A DNA stretch of 64,000 bases from Macrostomum lignano (taxonomy: Eukaryota): assembly GCA_002269645.1 (NCBI GenBank), contig NIVC01003753.1, forward strand, positions 14,842 through 78,841. The letters are read 5' to 3'. The notes beneath the pieces were generated by a model. The model worked only from the letters and a program-made list of their open reading frames with translations. It was not told the DNA's origin and searched no databases. Both the position numbers and the translations under genes were made by a program. This document shows, piece after piece, positions 59,819 to 64,000 of this stretch. Every line of letters begins with the position of its first letter. Position 1 is the stretch's first letter.

Positions 59819-62800
59819 TCATCGATAAAAGTCGTCATCGTTGGCGTCTTTCTGCGGCACTGAGTTGTAATCTTGTGGCGGCTTTTTCCGGTGAAAGAAA
59901 TTGCAATACCAAAGCAGCAGGATGAGTAGCAGCAGTAGCCAGATGCCCAGGAAGATGGCTAGAATGATGTAACCCCAGGGGATTTGGTCCACTATCGGCG
60001 GCCGAATGCTGAGGAACAGAAACGTCTGCAGGATGCTGGAGTTCCCATCTACATCGACGTTACGAAAAGCGAAAAGCTCGGGCGGCGGCAGGTTTAGCTG
60101 GATCTGGGACCGGATGTTGAACCGGCTTAGGTGGTGCCGGAAGTAGGTAGGCGACCAGAGGCGTGCGTGAAGGTGCAGGAAGACTCGGTCGACTGTCCGG
60201 ACGCCGTCGCGGCCGAGGTCGCGCACCGGACAGTTAAAGGTGACGCAGCGGAACGGCACAGGGGCCAGCTCGGGCCTGTCGCAGTCAAACGTCGGATCCG
60301 TCTCTTGCGGCGCTGGCGTCGGCGTCGGATTGGTCGACGAAGGCGAAGTCGAGGACGTCTCTTCTAGACTGCGACGTTGTCTCGTGCCATGAGTCTCACT
60401 AAACGTAGAATTATCGCCAAGTTCGTTGCTGTTGATGCTGTTGAAGATATTGACCTCGTGCTGGTTCTCTAGCAGCGTCAGAGGAGGTTTCGCCAGTCGC
60501 ACGGCCATGTTGGGCTCCAGCGGTTGGCACTCGCGGTCTTGGTTTCCAATAAAGCCTTCGGCATCGTCGGAGGTAAACGGCAGGCCCGGCAGGTATTGGC
60601 TCACCCGGTCAGAGTCGCCGACCTCTGTAGCGTGCGACCAGGCCAGGGCGTTTTTAGGAAAGTATAGCAGCAGGTGGCCCCGGTCGGTCACTAGGGGCAC
60701 GCGGATGGAGATGCTGAGGCCGCGGATTGCCGCTGCCGGCCGCGTGGACGCCAGCAGCTCGAATGTCTGCTGCAGGCCCGGCCCAACCACGGATGCGGCG
60801 GTAGCTCCACTTAACGCCATCAATTTCGCCTCGTTTATGCTTTTTGACTGTCGGGCGTCGGCAATCATCGACTCGTCTGTGGCTGAGAGCAGCCGAAGGC
60901 TGACGCTGGTGTTGAAGGTGATTGACAGTTCGGCCCAATTATTCATCAGCTCACCGTCGCGGGTCACGAAGTCCTGATAGCCGGCGATGTCGCCAAGCAG
61001 GTTTAACAGGCGGAAGCCGACCCGATAGGCGGTGCGACGGCCGTCGAAATTCAGCCGCAGCGTCACCTCTATCTGGCCGCGGCCATTGCGGGTTAGGACG
61101 TCGGGCGGGTCGGGGAACGGCTCGGTCAGCAGCACCTCTTTGTGCTGGCTAAAGTAGCGAGCCTCGCTCACAGACTCGTTGCCGCCGCGGCCAAAGGTTT
61201 TTGTTCGCAGAGTGACCGCATCGAGCACATGGACGCCGTCGCTGGGGGTCAACCGGATTGCCATTCCACCGTAGTAAGGGTAGCTGCTCTGCTTGCGAAT
61301 CCGTAGAGTCACCTGGAGCTGTTGGTAACTGTTCAGCAGAATTGACGGTTTGCCGAGCAGCTCCAAACGGATGTTACCGGTGGGATTGCAGTTGAAACCA
61401 AAATCGGGATCGCAGACGCCGGTCTTAAATTTGTAGAGCGGCACTGAAAAGACGTCCTCATAGCCTGGGAAGACCCGCCGACCCTGCAGAACGGCCGGAA
61501 AGAAGCCGCTAGAGCTGCCAGTCACGATCACCCTGTCGGTCATGCGCCAGTGCATCAGCAGGACGAGATCACGCAGCATGCCATCCGGTGAGGAATGCCG
61601 CTGATTATTCGGCAGCGGCCTGAGCCGGAACATCAACGTGAACTGGATCGTGTCGGCCGACTTGCCCGGCACTCGGGTCAGCTCGCACCAGCGTCCGCAC
61701 CGGGCTTCACCGCCGACGGGCAGTCGATCAGTTCGATTAGGAAACGTCGCTGCTGCTCGGTGCTGGCCAGCTCTTCTGGCCGCACGCGCAGGTTAAACTG
61801 GTAGTTGGACAGGTCAACGCCAGCCTTCGTGTGCATGCGGATGGTGGCCCCAATGGGCCGGGACAGTTGACTGCTGAACGAGTGCATCATAATGTCTGTT
61901 TTGAACACCTCGTCGATTGTAGCGTTGACGTAGTGGAAGTCGATTGCAGTAATCAGCAGCAGGCGGCCGGGCAGGACAACAGCGTGGTGGCTGGAGATGG
62001 CGCCAACCACCAGCTCGCTGACCGTATTGTTGTCCAGGTCCGGGGCCAGGGCGAGGCTCCAACCAAATCCGGTGATGTTCGGCTCAAGCGAGCTCAGGTC
62101 AGCGGCGTTGACAATCTCGAATGGCTGCAGCTCTGCAGTTGGGTTGGCGTAGTTGGGCATACCCAGGAACAGGTACACCGCGCCGGTACCGTTTACTCCG
62201 CAGCCGGGGCAGCCCACGGCGAAGTCTTCAATGTCGTCGTAGTTGACGTCGCCGATACCGACAACGTCGGTTCCTAAACGACCGCCTCGCTCGCGGCCGC
62301 AATAGCGCGCAGGCATCGAAGAAACTCTGTCAATCGGCTTACCGAGTGTTTCGAGTGTCAAAACAAAGATGCAGCCGCGGTCGAGACCTTCGGCGCCGAG
62401 GCCATCGGAGTGAAACGGGGCGCCGAGTAGCACCGCCTTTCGCTTTGTCTGCAGCGATTCGCTTATCACGGCGCTTGAGTAGCCCAGGTAGTTAAACGAA
62501 CGGTATAGATAGTCGTAGAACGGCTGTCCCATCCTAGCCTCGATGGACTTGGCTTTGACCTCGCCGGGCCTCAGCCAGGCTAGCAGAGTGTCGCTTTTCT
62601 CATGGAAGAACGGCGAGGTGGCGTAGACAACCCCACTGTCCGGGTCGGTGGCCAGCGAGTAGCCAGGTAATTCTTTTTTAATTCGTTGAGTTCAACCTCT
62701 GTCGGCTTCGAGTCAAACACGCCGCTTTGCACAGACAGAGAGGCGCTGTCGTTTTTTACAAAAAATGCCAAGCGCTGCATCATGCAGAACGGACCGGACA

Positions 62801-63428
62801 CTGTCAGCTGGGTTTGGCTTGAGTTCCCTGGAACCCTGGCCAGTGCCGCCTGGAAGCCACCCAGACAGTTACCGTAATTTTTGTCATCCTTGGAGCTGGC
62901 CATGTAGGGGAAGAATTTCTGCAGCCAGATCGGCTCTGCGCTGGACGAACGCCAGTAGCCGCACAGGCCCGGCGTGGCCGTCAAGTTGAACGCCGGACTA
63001 GCAAAGTTGTGCCCTGGCGCGCAGACAACAAACTGGCCGTCCGGCAGGCTGGCCAGGCTGGCGCCGAACAGCGAGAACTGGACGAAACTGTCGGAGTCGC
63101 CGACTGGTTGGCTGAACGGCAATCCGGAGCCGTCGCAGATGACGCGGCTAGTGTTGAAATCGGCGATGCTGACGGGGCAGAGGTGGGCGGTGCCGGAGGC
63201 CGACTTGGTGGCCGGATGGTAGCCAACCGGGTCTGTCACGAGTAGATGGAAGACGTTCGCTGACTCTCCTTTGATGATGGCAACCCGGTAGCCGAACAAA
63301 GACCTCGCCGCTGAGCTGCTGCTGGTGCCGGGAGACGTCGGCGCCTTGCGAATGATGGCCGACGAGGTGTGCAGAAACAGACCATCGGCTGGCTGCCAGA
63401 GCAGCAGCAATAGCAGCAACAAGCGCAT
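59819..63428 (-). CDS. Integrin alpha chain B, intronless, ~1200 aa, interrupted by two apparent 1-bp deletions (~62665 and ~61720); assembly error or young pseudogene
   Basis: Signal peptide [11 protein letters not shown]; FG-GAP motifs LFGYRVA, LFGASLA, YLGYSSA, LGTDVVGIGDVNYDDIEDFAVGCP, FGWSLALAPDLDNNTVSELVVGA; RQRR site; TM helix; WYCNFFHR tail. Three consecutive ORFs tile the protein without introns. Confidence 0.88.
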
Positions 63429-64000
63429 TTATTGAACTGTGAGCCGCTTGTTGTCTCGTTGTTCTGTCAGCGACAAGACGGCAGCATTTTGTGGCAAATG
63501 CGATTTGCGGACCGCCGGCTTTCGGGCCTACTTGTTCTCTATCGTCAATAATGACAACACTTCGTCCAAAACAGCTCTTCCTTCTGTGCTTCAAAATATG
63601 TATAACTATTATGACGCCGGACAGCCAATAGGGGGAAAGCACAGGGGTGCCTGTGCGGCAGGCCAGACAGGAGTAAAGGGAAGAGAAAGAGAGAGAAGAG
63701 ACGTTGTTGAACTGCAGGCCAGTGGGAATATGGAAACTGTTTGAGTGTAGGAAGGACTGAAGGGAGGGTGGGACTGCAAGTGCAGGTTTAGCAGTGGTTG
63801 GACGCGGGGACCCAAGCCTTCTCATGGAACTCGCATGGAACAGTGCCTATCCACACTCTCTCATCGCACGGGCGTTCAGCTGTGAACCGAAAGTACAGGG
63901 AAAGGGCGGAGTGGTGGGGTGTGAGTGTCAGAGAGACGGGCAGAGAGGGCGGGAAAGAAAAAGAGAAAGGAAGCCTGGCGGGGGGGGGTGGAGGCGCCGC

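Overview
Eukaryotic (invertebrate animal) genomic DNA. GC-rich exons are separated by introns packed with mini- and microsatellites; the style recalls Macrostomum-type flatworms, which is inference only. Five co-oriented minus-strand genes were reconstructed by hand with phase-consistent GT-AG junctions: MARCHF6 (first coding exon only), a reticulon, a Raf kinase, HAP40/F8A, and an unidentified ~713-aa beta-propeller-like gene. They are followed by two tail-to-tail integrin alpha genes, one with a single intron and one intronless with two 1-bp frameshifts. Mobile DNA includes a decayed mariner, a Foldback/Mutator-like element with 177-bp tandem inverted arms enclosing an RTE-group LINE, a hAT-type MITE, two tRNA-derived SINEs and a Helitron-like remnant. 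The most unusual signal is two sharply bounded domains (about 16.7-20.4 kb and 29.5-31.9 kb) at the 5' ends of Raf and HAP40. CpG is almost absent there and TpA is in excess, with internal evidence for CG>TA and TG>TA changes, suggesting localized methylation-driven or RIP-like hypermutation. No rRNA, bona fide tRNA or CRISPR array was seen. All counts are by eye; no searches were run.
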